Origin: Desulfobacterales bacterium
Lineage (GTDB): Bacteria > Desulfobacterota > Desulfobacteria > Desulfobacterales > UBA2174
Length of the DNA: 64,000 nucleotides
Direction: 5' to 3'
Assembly: GCA_963668645.2 (NCBI GenBank)
Contig: CAXXWC010000018.1
Location: 160,001 to 224,000, forward strand
Shown here: positions 30,655 through 40,366 of the stretch, piece by piece
Layout of the letters: each line of letters opens with the position of its first letter
How positions within the stretch are numbered: the stretch's first letter is position 1
Translations under genes and position numbers: made by a program
The notes under the pieces: generated by a model
Seen by the model: only the letters and a program-made list of their open reading frames with translations
What the model was told of the DNA's origin: nothing
Database searches by the model: none

Positions 30655-31113
30655 TCACTCGATTTCCCAGTTGTTGATGTCTTTGTCCTTGCCCTCACCG
30701 CCGGCAACACCGTCCGCGCCGTACGAGGTGATATCGAAATCTCCGTGGTTGCCCGGGCTCAGATAGACGAACTCGTTGCCCCAGGGATCTTTGGGAACCT
30801 GGTTTTTTTCAAGATATCCGCCCTCTTTCCAGCGTTTGGGAATCTGGCCGCTCTGGGGTATCTGCACCAGGGCCGCCAGGCCCTGCTCGGTGGACGGATA
30901 AAATCCGTTGTCGAGCCGGAAGAGCTTGATGGCCGTCTCCAGGCTGGCGATGTCCATGCGCGCCTTGACCTGCTTGGCCTCGTCCGGGCGGCCCATAATC
31001 TTGGGGGCCACATAGAGCGCCAGGATTCCCAGGATGACGATCACCACCATCAGCTCGATCAGGGTAAAGCCCTGCGGGCTGCTTCTGAAACGCCATGAAC
31101 GTTTCTGGTTCAT
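30655..31113 (-). CDS. gspG: T2SS major pseudopilin GspG
   Basis: [36 protein letters not shown]. Confidence 0.96.
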   Translation of the reverse strand: MNQKRSWRFRSSPQGFTLIELMVVIVILGILALYVAPKIMGRPDEAKQVKARMDIASLETAIKLFRLDNGFYPSTEQGLAALVQIPQSGQIPKRWKEGGYLEKNQVPKDPWGNEFVYLSPGNHGDFDITSYGADGVAGGEGKDKDINNWEIE

Positions 31114-31321
31114 GCTTTTGACTCCTTGAAATTCCATTTAAGCGTTGAAATTTCTCCGCACTCGTTCCGTATCGCGGTTCAAGATCCCCGCCCGGTCCGG
31201 TGCCGCATTCTCCGGCGGCGCTCAACACAACGTTGCCAACCGCGCTCGGCCGGCGGTGGCGCAACCTGGATCGCGGGACCAGCCCCTTCTCTCTTCCAGG
31301 GGCCGTTACTGCCCCTGAAGT

Positions 31322-32551
31322 TTACCGTATAAGCTGATTCATTTCGAAGATCGGCAAACAAACCGCCAGCACGACGAAGGCCACCGCCGCACCCATGATC
31401 AGGATCATGAGCGGTTCGAGCAAAGCGGTCAAGGCGCTGATGGTCGATTCCACCTCATTGTCATACATGTCGGCGATTTTCCCCAGCATCGGTTCGAGCC
31501 TGCCGCTTTGCTCGCCGACATCGATCATCTGGATGGCCAGCGGCGGAAAAGCCCGTGGGGTGGCCGCCAGTGCCCGGGACAGCGATTTGCCCTGGCCCAC
31601 ATCGCGGCTTGCGTCCTGCAACGCCTCGGCCACGATGGTGTTGCCGGCGATATTGCGCACGATTTCCAGGGCCGCGAGCATGGCCACGCCGTTTTCCAGC
31701 AGGGAGCCGAAGGTACGCATGATGCGGGCCACATTCAGCCGCTGGACCAAAGAACCGACCAGTGGGATTTTCAGGATCGTGCGGTCCGTGGCCAGCCGGC
31801 CCCGAGCGGTGCGCCGAACGGTGCGCAGGACCTGGAAGAGCGCCGCCAGGCCCAGCGGCAGGCTCCACCAGTAGGTGCGCATCCAATGGCTGAAACCGAG
31901 CAGCAAGCGGGTGGGCAGGGGCAGCACCTGCTTGACCTCGGCAAAGATTCCGGAAATGGTCGGCACGATGTAGGTGAGCAAAAAGATGAGGACTGCCGAT
32001 CCGATCACCAGCATCAGGACCGGATAGGTCATCGCATTGCGGATGCGGGCCCGCACGGCCTGCTGTTTCTCGGTGACGTCGGCCAGCCGTTCGAGAACGA
32101 TTTCCAGGGTTCCCGATGCTTCGCCGGAACGTACCATGTTGACATAGACCGGTGGGAAGGTGTCGCCGGCGCGGCCCAGGGCGTCTGCGAAGCTGCTGCC
32201 GCCCACCACGGCGTCCTTAATCTGAGTGAGCTTTTTTTGCAGCCCGGCCGACGGGGTCTGGGGGATCAGCGCGTCCAGGGCCTGCACCAGGGGAAAACCC
32301 GCCCCCAGCAGGGTGGCGAGCTGGCGTGTGACCAGGGAGACCTCCGCCGGCTTGACCCGATTGCCCATCAGGCGCTGGCGTATTGCCCCCTGCTCCGGAC
32401 CCGCGGCAGCGGCGGTGACCTCCTTGAGGCTTACCGGATAGATCCCCCCGGCGCGCAGCCGACTGCGCGCCCCGGCCAGCCCGTCGGCGTCCAGAACCCC
32501 GCTGACCTTCCTGCCTCGTCGATCAAGAGCGCTGTATTCGAATACCGACAT
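31322..32551 (-). CDS. gspF: T2SS inner-membrane platform GspF
   Basis: TRQLATLL, GEASGTL, GEQSGRL, LLEPLMI. Confidence 0.95.
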   Translation of the reverse strand: MSVFEYSALDRRGRKVSGVLDADGLAGARSRLRAGGIYPVSLKEVTAAAAGPEQGAIRQRLMGNRVKPAEVSLVTRQLATLLGAGFPLVQALDALIPQTPSAGLQKKLTQIKDAVVGGSSFADALGRAGDTFPPVYVNMVRSGEASGTLEIVLERLADVTEKQQAVRARIRNAMTYPVLMLVIGSAVLIFLLTYIVPTISGIFAEVKQVLPLPTRLLLGFSHWMRTYWWSLPLGLAALFQVLRTVRRTARGRLATDRTILKIPLVGSLVQRLNVARIMRTFGSLLENGVAMLAALEIVRNIAGNTIVAEALQDASRDVGQGKSLSRALAATPRAFPPLAIQMIDVGEQSGRLEPMLGKIADMYDNEVESTISALTALLEPLMILIMGAAVAFVVLAVCLPIFEMNQLIR

Positions 32552-32633
32552 GCGTGCCTGCCAAGTCTGTCATGGGTTGAAAAATTGTCCTGAACAGCAA
32601 AGAGATGCCGTCCTGTTGAAGATGAATTTTTAC

Positions 32634-32664
32634 TCCGGCTTGGCGCAGCGGGTCAAGTCGGATG
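32634..32664 (+). repeat. Left island-boundary repeat (attL-like)
   Basis: TCCGGCTTG-GCGCAG-CGGGTCAAGTCGGATG; 16 bp (32649-32664) identical to 56683-56698. Confidence 0.75.
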
Positions 32665-32703
32665 TGGAAAATCTATGGACCGCGCATGACGAGGCATTTT
32701 CCC

Positions 32704-32730
32704 TTGACATCAATGGCGCACTTTTATAAT
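32704..32730 (+). promoter_or_regulatory. sigma70 promoter for the riboswitch leader
   Basis: TTGACA (32704) and TATAAT (32725); the 15-nt spacer is short; directly precedes the riboswitch. Confidence 0.6.
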
Positions 32731-32740
32731 ACAGACTTAA

Positions 32741-32903
32741 AAAATTTGTTCAGGCGCTCATAATGGAGCTTAATAGGGAACCCCGTGAAAATCGGGGACG
32801 GGCCCGCCGCTGTAATCGGGGACGAAAGCCGTAGCATGCCACTGACCTTGGGTCGGGAAGGCACGGCCGGTAGGACGATCCGTCAGTCAGAAGACCTGCC
32901 TGG
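32741..32903 (+). ncRNA. Cobalamin (AdoCbl) riboswitch
   Basis: Motifs in canonical order: AATAGGGAA-CCCCGTGAAAATCGGGG, CCCGCCGCTGT, GCCACTG...GGGAAGG, B12 box GTCAGAAGACCTGCC. Confidence 0.95.
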
Positions 32904-32956
32904 GCATATGGTCACCACCGCGCGGACGGCGTGGCGGCCACGATTTATCTGTGGAT

Positions 32957-33005
32957 AAAAAAGGGAAATCCCGGATCGCAAAAGATCCGGGATTTCCTTT
33001 TTTTT
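32957..33005 (+). terminator. Intrinsic terminator (riboswitch expression platform)
   Basis: GGAAATCCCGGATC-GCAAAA-GATCCGGGATTTCC followed by T8. Confidence 0.9.
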
Positions 33006-33190
33006 GTGGGCCCTGCCGGCCCGGATTCCGGGTCAACGAAACGGTCAATACATCGGGCTTTGGGTTTTCAACCATCGGCATCGTTCGAGAACGAAGAAAG
33101 GCGCTGATGCGATACGCTAAAAGCGGGCTCAATACTGTCCTGTTAAAAGGTGTTCAATATGAAATAACTATCTAAAGATACTTAAAGGCG

Positions 33191-33313
33191 ATGGACTTTT
33201 TTGCCCATACGTCAGTTCCGCCGGTGCGCTGCTCGGTATCCTGGAAGCTACCGGGTTTGCTCTTTTACATGCCACGACCAGTACCTGTGTATGGCTTTTG
33301 CCCAGCTGATCTA
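33191..33313 (+). mobile_element. IS4-family (DUF4372-like N-terminus) transposase remnant
   Basis: Removing one T gives MDFLPIRQFRRC..RYPG.Y.V.SFTCHDQYLCMAFAQL*, the recognisable N-terminus of this IS4 group. Confidence 0.7.
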
Positions 33314-33558
33314 GCGGTACTACGATGACCGGCAACAACGGGCACTGGTTTTTTGACCAACAACTTTTACCCACCTGCCTTGACCATAGCGGATTTTGCC
33401 GCTGGCGATGGCAGGTGAAACTCTTTTTCAATTCGAAAAAGTGACTCTTTTTCAGCTACTTGATGTTGCCGGCGACAACAAAGCAGATAGGGTGCCTTGT
33501 CTCCAATTGAAATTATGCGATTCTTGAACGGACACTGCTGAAAAAATGCTTGTAATGA

Positions 33559-34345
33559 TTGCCATTTGCGATAGATGGCTATCCTCTTCTTCTTCTTTGT
33601 CAAATCGTCCATGCCAGTCCGGCCGGGATGACCGCCGAAGCGCTTGGCAAAAAGCTGCGCTGCCGTTGTCATTCGGTTCTGGTCGGGTTGTACCGTCGCG
33701 GTCTTGTCCAACGCCAGCACCAGGGACGCGCGAACGTTTACCTGGCCAGCAATGCCAGGACCGACGAGGCGCAACGTCGTGTCCTGGCAGCGCCCGTGAC
33801 GGCGGTGCTGCCAGCCGAGATCGCGGTGATGGTGCTGGCCGGATTCATCCGCCAACCATCGGCCGGGCCAGCCGAGCTGGCCCGCCGGGTGTCGGCCAGG
33901 GCCACCGTGCGTATCGAGGCCGAACAGATCCGGGCGCTGTTCGCGCATCACGGTTTAAAAAAACTGTTGCCGTTGCGGCCATCGGCCTCCTGAGTCGCCT
34001 CAGCGAACAACTGCAACAGGAGGTGCGCCCGTCGGTACTGTCCCCGCAGCCACCGGCGGTCGATTTCGAGGCCTGCCACAGTGTCGGGCAGATTCGCAAT
34101 GAGCCGCTGGCCCGCGATGTGGTGCTGTCCGATTCTCAAATCACCAAACTCGGCCGCAAGTTTATCCTCTTGCTGGCCCATCGCCGCGCCATCCCGCGCA
34201 TCAATCAGGCGATGGTCAGAAGCGGCAGCTATATCCTCCATCTGGATGCCGTGCACCAAGAAGATGTGCCCGCCCTGATGTCAGACAACGACGGTCTGAG
34301 CGGCCTGGTGTTGTCCAACGTCAAGGTCCCCAGTGAACACGCCGC
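33559..34345 (+). mobile_element. Degenerate two-ORF IS-like transposase remnant with -1 slippery site
   Basis: orfA ...SPAGMTAEALG...HHGLKK; T_TTA_AAA_AAA at 33954-33963 shifts -1 into orfB carrying YILHLDA...GLSGLVLSNVKVPSE (DDE-like); truncated. Confidence 0.55.
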
Positions 34346-34634
34346 GTTGGTAAAAAATTTTTCCAACCCCGACTACATGAAAACCCTGCTCGACGGTCGG
34401 CCCAATATCGAAGCCGTGTTTGCTGATTTGAATTGGGCTGCGGCTTCCGAGGATCTGACAACGGCTACGGAAGCCGAATGTGTTCTGCCTGGTTTTAAAG
34501 CACTGACAAAAATGCCGGATCTACCCGTTCGAATCTCAGAACGCGCTTCTGCGGCTTTATCCAGGGTAAAATCCAACCAAATTGTGTGGTTATGGAAGAT
34601 AACGTTACAGCTTTTTTGTCAAAGGAGGAAAAAC

Positions 34635-37600
34635 ATGCAGGCTGATCCACGCAACAGGTTTTTGAATTTTGCAGGCGCCGTACTGCTGGCCGTGCCTTTG
34701 GTCGCTATCGGCCTGGCCGCCGGACCGTCTATGGCCGACGCGGCCGGAATTACGGTCCAAGAGGGCGGAAGCATTCAGGCGGCCATTGACGCGGCCACGT
34801 CCGGGGACACGGTAACCGTGGAAAGCGGCACCTATGCCGGGGGCCTTACAATAGCTGAAAAATCACTGATCCTGCTCGGGGTGGACACGGGCGCCGGAAA
34901 GCCGGTAATCGACGGCGAGGGCGGCTCGGAACCGGTTGTTTCGCTGCAAAACAGCAGCGGCTGTACCGTCGAAGGGTTTGCGATCCAGAATTCGGGTTCT
35001 TTCGGCCTGAAGATACTGGGTTCGCCCAACGCGATCGTCCGGAGCAATGAACTCACCAATACCAACGGTATCGATGTAGAAGAAGGGTCGGACGCGGTCA
35101 CGATTGCACAAAACACCTGTGAGAGCAATGGTAACGCCCTTTATGTGTATAACTCACCCGGCCCCACCATCACCGGCAATACCTTTCAAAATGTCAGCAG
35201 CATTGGGTTGTACATAAGAAATTCCGGCGATGCCGCCATCAGAGACAATACCTTTGAAAACGTGGGCAACCGCGGAATTTACGCAAGAGATTCGATCAAT
35301 CCTGTCATCACCGGAAATACCTTAAACACCGATAGGGACGCAATTAACGTGAGGGGGTCGGACAATGCGGTCATCACCAAAAATACCTCTAAGAACGCAA
35401 TCAATGTACAGCAGTCCAACAACGCTGTTATTTCCGAAAATAGCTCTGCAGATTCATCGGGCTACGGAATATATGTAAGTAATTTAAGCGATCTGGTCCT
35501 TTCCCAGAATACCGTCAGCAGCGCCGGCAGCGATGGCATCTACCTGAACCAGATCACAACTGGCCTGGTGGAACACAACGCCGTCACCGGGGTAGGTGGT
35601 ACGGCGTGTCTCGTCGTCGAAAGTTGCAGCGATGCGATCGTCCGATACAATACGCTCAATGAGTCGGTCTACTATCTTGGTCTCGCCATTTGGGGGGGCA
35701 GCCAGGGGTGCAGCTTTTATGGCAATACCGTGGCCAACAACAACGGTGACCAGGGATGGAGCGGCGGTCTTTACCTGGAGGATGCCGATGCCGGGAACAC
35801 TTTTTACCTCAACGATTTTGAAAACGATGTCAATGTCGTCGAAACGGCAGGCGGCAGCGACTACCATTCGCCTGTTTTGTTGCGATACCAATACGGAGGC
35901 GAGACCCGTGATGGGTATTTGGGAAACCGCTGGTCCGACTACACCGGCACGGATGCAAACGGCGACGGCGTCGGGGATACCCCTTATGTGATAAGCGGCG
36001 ATATTCAGGACCCTTATCCCCTGGTAGGGACCCTGGACGCGTATACGGACATTATTGAAATAGCGCCCGATATCGCCATCAGCAACCTGACGCCGCCGTA
36101 TGTTGTCGGCGTCAGCCTGAACAACGTGATAACGGTCACCCTGCGCAACAACGGACTGGGCGCTGCCGGGACCTTCAACGTCTACCTTTACGCCGACGGC
36201 GAACTGGTCGACACGGTGACGGTGGAGGGCTTGGCCGCCGGCGAAGAGATTCAGGTGGCATTCACCTGGACGCCGCTGGAACGGATGACGGGCGTGGTTC
36301 TTACCGCTGAAACCGATCCGGACTACGCCGGACAGGGCATTAATCTCGATGACAATCAAACCGTGGCCGAGGCAGCGGTGGACGTTCTTGCCTCCGATTT
36401 GACCGTGACCGCGGTGGCCGTGGCGGCCGAGGTGGACAAAGACGAGGCCCGGACGGTGACTGTAACCGTTGCCAACACCGGATCCGCGCCGGCCATGGAC
36501 TTCACCGTGGGGCTCTACTGCGACATGTCGCCGGTGGTTCCCTGGGCCATGGCGCACCCGGCCGAAGCGGCCCTGCAGCCCGGCCTTTTCAACACCGTGG
36601 GAGCCGCCGGTCTGGTGGCCCGGGCGGTGGTGGACAATCTAGGGGCCGGAGAGTCAACGGATGTGGAGATTTCCTGGACCCCGGCCGACCCCGGGGTGCA
36701 TTTTGTCAGCGCCTGGGTGGATATGACGGCCGGTACCGTTGAGATGGACGATGCCAACAATATGCTGGCAACCCCGGTGCAAACCCTGGTTACGCCCTAC
36801 GCCGGCACGGTGACCACCCTGAATCAGGGGGATTCCCTGCAAACTGCGGTGGACGCCGCAGCCACGGGCGACACCATCCTGCTCAACCCGGGAACCTATC
36901 TGCTGGAGCCGGACGGCCAGGGCCTGCGGCTCAACATTCCGAAGGGGGGCTTGACTTTCAAGAGCGCAGGCGGGGCCGTGATCGACGGCAGCGTCAATGT
37001 GCTGCAGGACCCGGCCATTGCCTGGACGTCGGACGCGCCGGATACGGTCTTTGACGGTATTGCCTTTGTAAATTTCGCCATGGCCGCCGGCACGGCGGAC
37101 AAGTCCGGCCTGATGCTGAAAAACTGTACGTTCCAGGGCGGCCTGCGCGCCTTTTTCGGCGCCGAAGACGCCCTGGCCAATACCGACGGACTGACGGTCA
37201 GCGGCTGCCTGTTCGAGGCTGCCGACGTCAACGCCTTTGACGCAACGGCCGCGGACGTGACCATTGAAAATACGGTGTTCGACGGCAGTGCGTTTGCCGT
37301 GCGCAACCCGTCCGCTTTCAGCGGCTTTATTTTCCGCAACAACATGGTTGCCGGCGCTACGGTGCCCGAGGGCGCCAACAGCGCCTTTGTGCGCATCGAA
37401 GGGCCGGACGGCCTGGTGGCGGGCAACGTGTTCGAAGCCATGTCCCCCGGCGCGGGAAAGCTGGCCCTGACCCTGGTGGGCAGCAATGCGACGGTGCAAG
37501 GCAACCGCTTCGGCGCACTTTCCGGCGACGGCCATATCCTGCTGGAAAACGGTTCGAACAACCGGATTTATCTGAACGATTTTCCGGGCGAGGCGCCTCT

Positions 37601-39740
37601 TCTGTACGGCAATCCCGTGCTGCAGTCGCCGGAAGCCTATACCTATACCTATCAGGAACAAAGCTACACCTCGGTGCTCGGCAACCGCTACGCTTCTTAC
37701 GGGGGCGCTGATGCGGACGGCAACGGCGTGGGCGACACCTCCATGGATTTCACCGGGGCAAGCGACACGTTCCCGCTGATGGATTCCTTTGCCGCCTATA
37801 CGGATCTGGCCGCCGAAAAGGCCAATCTGACTGTGGGCGCGGTTACCGGGCCGGCAACGGCCCATGTGGGCATCTCCGCCGAGGTGACCGCCGAGGTGAG
37901 CAACACGGGCGGACCGGCCCATGATTTCACGGTGGCCCTCTACGCCGATGGAACCTTGGTGGAAACCCTGACCGTCGATACCCTCGGATTCGGGGAGACC
38001 GAAACCCTGACCTTCACCTGGACACCGGCGGCGGAAGCCCAGGCAGTGGTCCTTTCGGTGATCGCGGATGACGGCAATACGGTGGCCGAAAGCAACGAGG
38101 ATGACAATACCGTTGCGGCCGACACCGGTGTGGGCGTCACGCTGGCGGTGGACATGAGCATCGATCCGGCAACCGTTGAGACTGAAAACGGATCGGCCTT
38201 TGACGTGGCCATCCGCCTGGCGCCAAACGCTTACCGGGTGGCCGGGGTACAGTTCGACCTGACCTTCAATCCCGCCATCCTGGAGGTGACCGGCGTAACC
38301 GAAAGCACGCTTCTGAATCAGGACGGCGCCGGCACCTATTTTAACGGCGGTGCGGTGGACAACACGGCCGGCACCCTCACCGGGGTCGTGGGCGCCATCA
38401 CCACCCCGGGGGCGGACGTGGGCACGGCCGGCGTTTTCGCCGTTGTGAGTTTTCTGGCCAAGGGGGACGGCGTTTCGGTCCTGACCCTGTCCAATGCCAT
38501 TGTGGGTGACATGGATGCCCAGCCGCTGACCGTCGCCTTGACCGGAGGCTTTGTGCAAACCGCCTTTACCTATACGGCCACGGGCCAGGCGGCCTACGGC
38601 GGGGGGCAAACCGGCCCGCTGTATGTGGGCGTATACCTGGATGAAGACCTGAACCAGCCGCTGGTGCTGCCGGTTGCCGCCGACCTTGGAACGGACGTGA
38701 CCGTGTCCGACCTGGGGCCGGGGACCGGATACTACTTCGGCGGGTTTATCGACAGCAACGAAAACAACCTGCGGGATCCGGCCGAGGCTTTCGGCGCGGT
38801 GATGTTCGACATCGTGGACGACGACGTGACCGGGCTCGACGCTATTCTGTCGGACCCGGACGCGGACACCGACAACCTGCCCGACTACTGGCAGACCCTG
38901 TATGCCGGTTACAACTGCGGCCAGGGCATCGGGGGGGGCGACGACGACGCGGACCACGACGGCTACAGCAATGCCTGGGAATGGGCCAACGGCACCGATC
39001 CCACGGTGGTGGATGATCCGGACGGTCAGGGGTACGATCCCCAGACCGACCAGCGGGTGGTGCCGGCTGGCTGGTCCGTGACCCGCAGCCACGGCGACTA
39101 CCGGCCCGGTCAGTCCTTTACGGTAACCGTCACGGTTGCATACTCAGGGGACGTAACCGCCCTGGGCATCACCGAGGCCTTGCCCGAAGGCTGGACCTAC
39201 GTATCGGCTGAAAGCGCCGGCGGTATGAACGTGTTTGCGACCGGCGACGGCCGCCTCGAGTTCGCCTGGCTCAGCCTGCCGACCGACGGCCAGGGCCAGT
39301 CGGTCAATCCTTTTACCTTCAGTTACACCCTCCAGGTGCCGGAAACGGCCGGTGGCGACGCGGTTTTCGATGGGCAGGTGATCATGCGCATCGGCGGCGA
39401 GGCCGAAACCGCCTTTGACATGGCCCGGACCGTAGCCCGGCGCTTTGCCTTCCACACAGCGGACTTTTACCCGGCGGACTGGAGCATCAACCTGTCCGAG
39501 CTGCTGCGGGTCATTCAGCTTTACAACGTGGGCGCCTACCACTGTGATGGCCTGGGTGAAGACGGCTTCAACCCGGGTGCGGGTGAATACATGGACCCTG
39601 CGCCCCACAGCGCGGACTACAACCCGACAGACGGCGTTATCAGCGTATCCGAGCTGCTGCGGGTCGTGCAGATCTACAACGTGGGCGGGTACTGCCAGGA
39701 TGCCCTGGGTGAGGACGGGTACCGGCCAAGCGTCCAGTAG
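34635..39740 (+). CDS. Giant secreted scaffold protein 1 (1701 aa): NosD-like beta-helices, CARDB domains, cohesin, Ca-binding repeats, LPxGW module, duplicated dockerin-like C-terminus
   Basis: AAGGAGG RBS before ATG 34635; signal peptide; SIQAAIDAA..GDT; GNRWSDY.G.D.NGDGVGD; AESNEDDN; AGVQFDLTFNP; HSADY...LSELLRVIQ x2. Confidence 0.88.
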   Translation: MQADPRNRFLNFAGAVLLAVPLVAIGLAAGPSMADAAGITVQEGGSIQAAIDAATSGDTVTVESGTYAGGLTIAEKSLILLGVDTGAGKPVIDGEGGSEPVVSLQNSSGCTVEGFAIQNSGSFGLKILGSPNAIVRSNELTNTNGIDVEEGSDAVTIAQNTCESNGNALYVYNSPGPTITGNTFQNVSSIGLYIRNSGDAAIRDNTFENVGNRGIYARDSINPVITGNTLNTDRDAINVRGSDNAVITKNTSKNAINVQQSNNAVISENSSADSSGYGIYVSNLSDLVLSQNTVSSAGSDGIYLNQITTGLVEHNAVTGVGGTACLVVESCSDAIVRYNTLNESVYYLGLAIWGGSQGCSFYGNTVANNNGDQGWSGGLYLEDADAGNTFYLNDFENDVNVVETAGGSDYHSPVLLRYQYGGETRDGYLGNRWSDYTGTDANGDGVGDTPYVISGDIQDPYPLVGTLDAYTDIIEIAPDIAISNLTPPYVVGVSLNNVITVTLRNNGLGAAGTFNVYLYADGELVDTVTVEGLAAGEEIQVAFTWTPLERMTGVVLTAETDPDYAGQGINLDDNQTVAEAAVDVLASDLTVTAVAVAAEVDKDEARTVTVTVANTGSAPAMDFTVGLYCDMSPVVPWAMAHPAEAALQPGLFNTVGAAGLVARAVVDNLGAGESTDVEISWTPADPGVHFVSAWVDMTAGTVEMDDANNMLATPVQTLVTPYAGTVTTLNQGDSLQTAVDAAATGDTILLNPGTYLLEPDGQGLRLNIPKGGLTFKSAGGAVIDGSVNVLQDPAIAWTSDAPDTVFDGIAFVNFAMAAGTADKSGLMLKNCTFQGGLRAFFGAEDALANTDGLTVSGCLFEAADVNAFDATAADVTIENTVFDGSAFAVRNPSAFSGFIFRNNMVAGATVPEGANSAFVRIEGPDGLVAGNVFEAMSPGAGKLALTLVGSNATVQGNRFGALSGDGHILLENGSNNRIYLNDFPGEAPLLYGNPVLQSPEAYTYTYQEQSYTSVLGNRYASYGGADADGNGVGDTSMDFTGASDTFPLMDSFAAYTDLAAEKANLTVGAVTGPATAHVGISAEVTAEVSNTGGPAHDFTVALYADGTLVETLTVDTLGFGETETLTFTWTPAAEAQAVVLSVIADDGNTVAESNEDDNTVAADTGVGVTLAVDMSIDPATVETENGSAFDVAIRLAPNAYRVAGVQFDLTFNPAILEVTGVTESTLLNQDGAGTYFNGGAVDNTAGTLTGVVGAITTPGADVGTAGVFAVVSFLAKGDGVSVLTLSNAIVGDMDAQPLTVALTGGFVQTAFTYTATGQAAYGGGQTGPLYVGVYLDEDLNQPLVLPVAADLGTDVTVSDLGPGTGYYFGGFIDSNENNLRDPAEAFGAVMFDIVDDDVTGLDAILSDPDADTDNLPDYWQTLYAGYNCGQGIGGGDDDADHDGYSNAWEWANGTDPTVVDDPDGQGYDPQTDQRVVPAGWSVTRSHGDYRPGQSFTVTVTVAYSGDVTALGITEALPEGWTYVSAESAGGMNVFATGDGRLEFAWLSLPTDGQGQSVNPFTFSYTLQVPETAGGDAVFDGQVIMRIGGEAETAFDMARTVARRFAFHTADFYPADWSINLSELLRVIQLYNVGAYHCDGLGEDGFNPGAGEYMDPAPHSADYNPTDGVISVSELLRVVQIYNVGGYCQDALGEDGYRPSVQ

Positions 39741-39753
39741 GAATGAAAAAAGA

Positions 39754-39788
39754 GCCGCGGGGGTGGGCTTTCGATCTGCTCCCGCGGC
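39754..39788 (+). other. GC-rich stem-loop without U-tract after scaffold gene 1
   Basis: GCCGCGGG...CTCCCGCGGC; paralogous hairpin at 45124-45158. Confidence 0.6.
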
Positions 39789-39876
39789 GCCGAATATATT
39801 GCCTCATGCAGAGTGCCGAGAGCATCGCGCGGGAGGCATCATCTGACAGGATGAACCGGATTAAAAGGAGAAAGAA

Positions 39877-40290
39877 ATGAAACGAAAAGTGGCGATAAGA
39901 ACGCTGTCGGTTCTGGCCCTGGCGGCCGTGGTGCTGTGGTCCGCAACGGCCTTTGCGTTGACCGCCTCCCAGCAGGTTATCGGTGCGGGCGGCGAGATAA
40001 CGGTCATTACCACCATTGAATACAACGAGGCGCTCACGGCCCTGGGCGTAAGGGTGAAGCTGCCGGCTGGCTGGACCTTCAAGACCGTGGGCGGCAGCGA
40101 TGTGCCTGCAGTGGCGCCGGCTGAGGGTGCAAGCGGTGAAATCGACTTTGCCTGGATCGCGGCACCGGCTGGACCGGCGATGTTTGCATATACCCTGGCG
40201 GCGCCGCAAGGGGGTACGGCTCAGGATCTGGCTGCCGAGGTGGTCTACCGCGTGGGCGCCGGTGAGGAGCAGGTGGTTGTTGTCGAGTGA
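39877..40290 (+). CDS. Small secreted single LPxGW (cohesin-like) module protein, copy 1
   Basis: AAGGAG RBS; signal peptide AFA|; TALGVRVKLPAGWTF...IDFAWI...FAYTL. Confidence 0.85.
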   Translation: MKRKVAIRTLSVLALAAVVLWSATAFALTASQQVIGAGGEITVITTIEYNEALTALGVRVKLPAGWTFKTVGGSDVPAVAPAEGASGEIDFAWIAAPAGPAMFAYTLAAPQGGTAQDLAAEVVYRVGAGEEQVVVVE

Positions 40291-40299
40291 TTTGATGGG
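39905..40299 (+). repeat. ~390-bp near-identical direct repeat, copy 1 (copy 2 at 45250-45644)
   Basis: Visual alignment shows only a handful of substitutions, one non-synonymous (Q/R). Confidence 0.9.
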
Positions 40300-40366
40300 T
40301 TCTGCTTCGCTCCACCGATACGATATCAAAAGAACGTTTCAGTCTTATTGCCATAGGAGGAAAACC

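Noticed and set aside
33546..34634. N-terminal 363 aa of the 2064-aa ORF as part of scaffold 1
   Set aside because: It consists of IS-remnant and leader sequence; the RBS, signal peptide and paralog alignment place the start at 34635.
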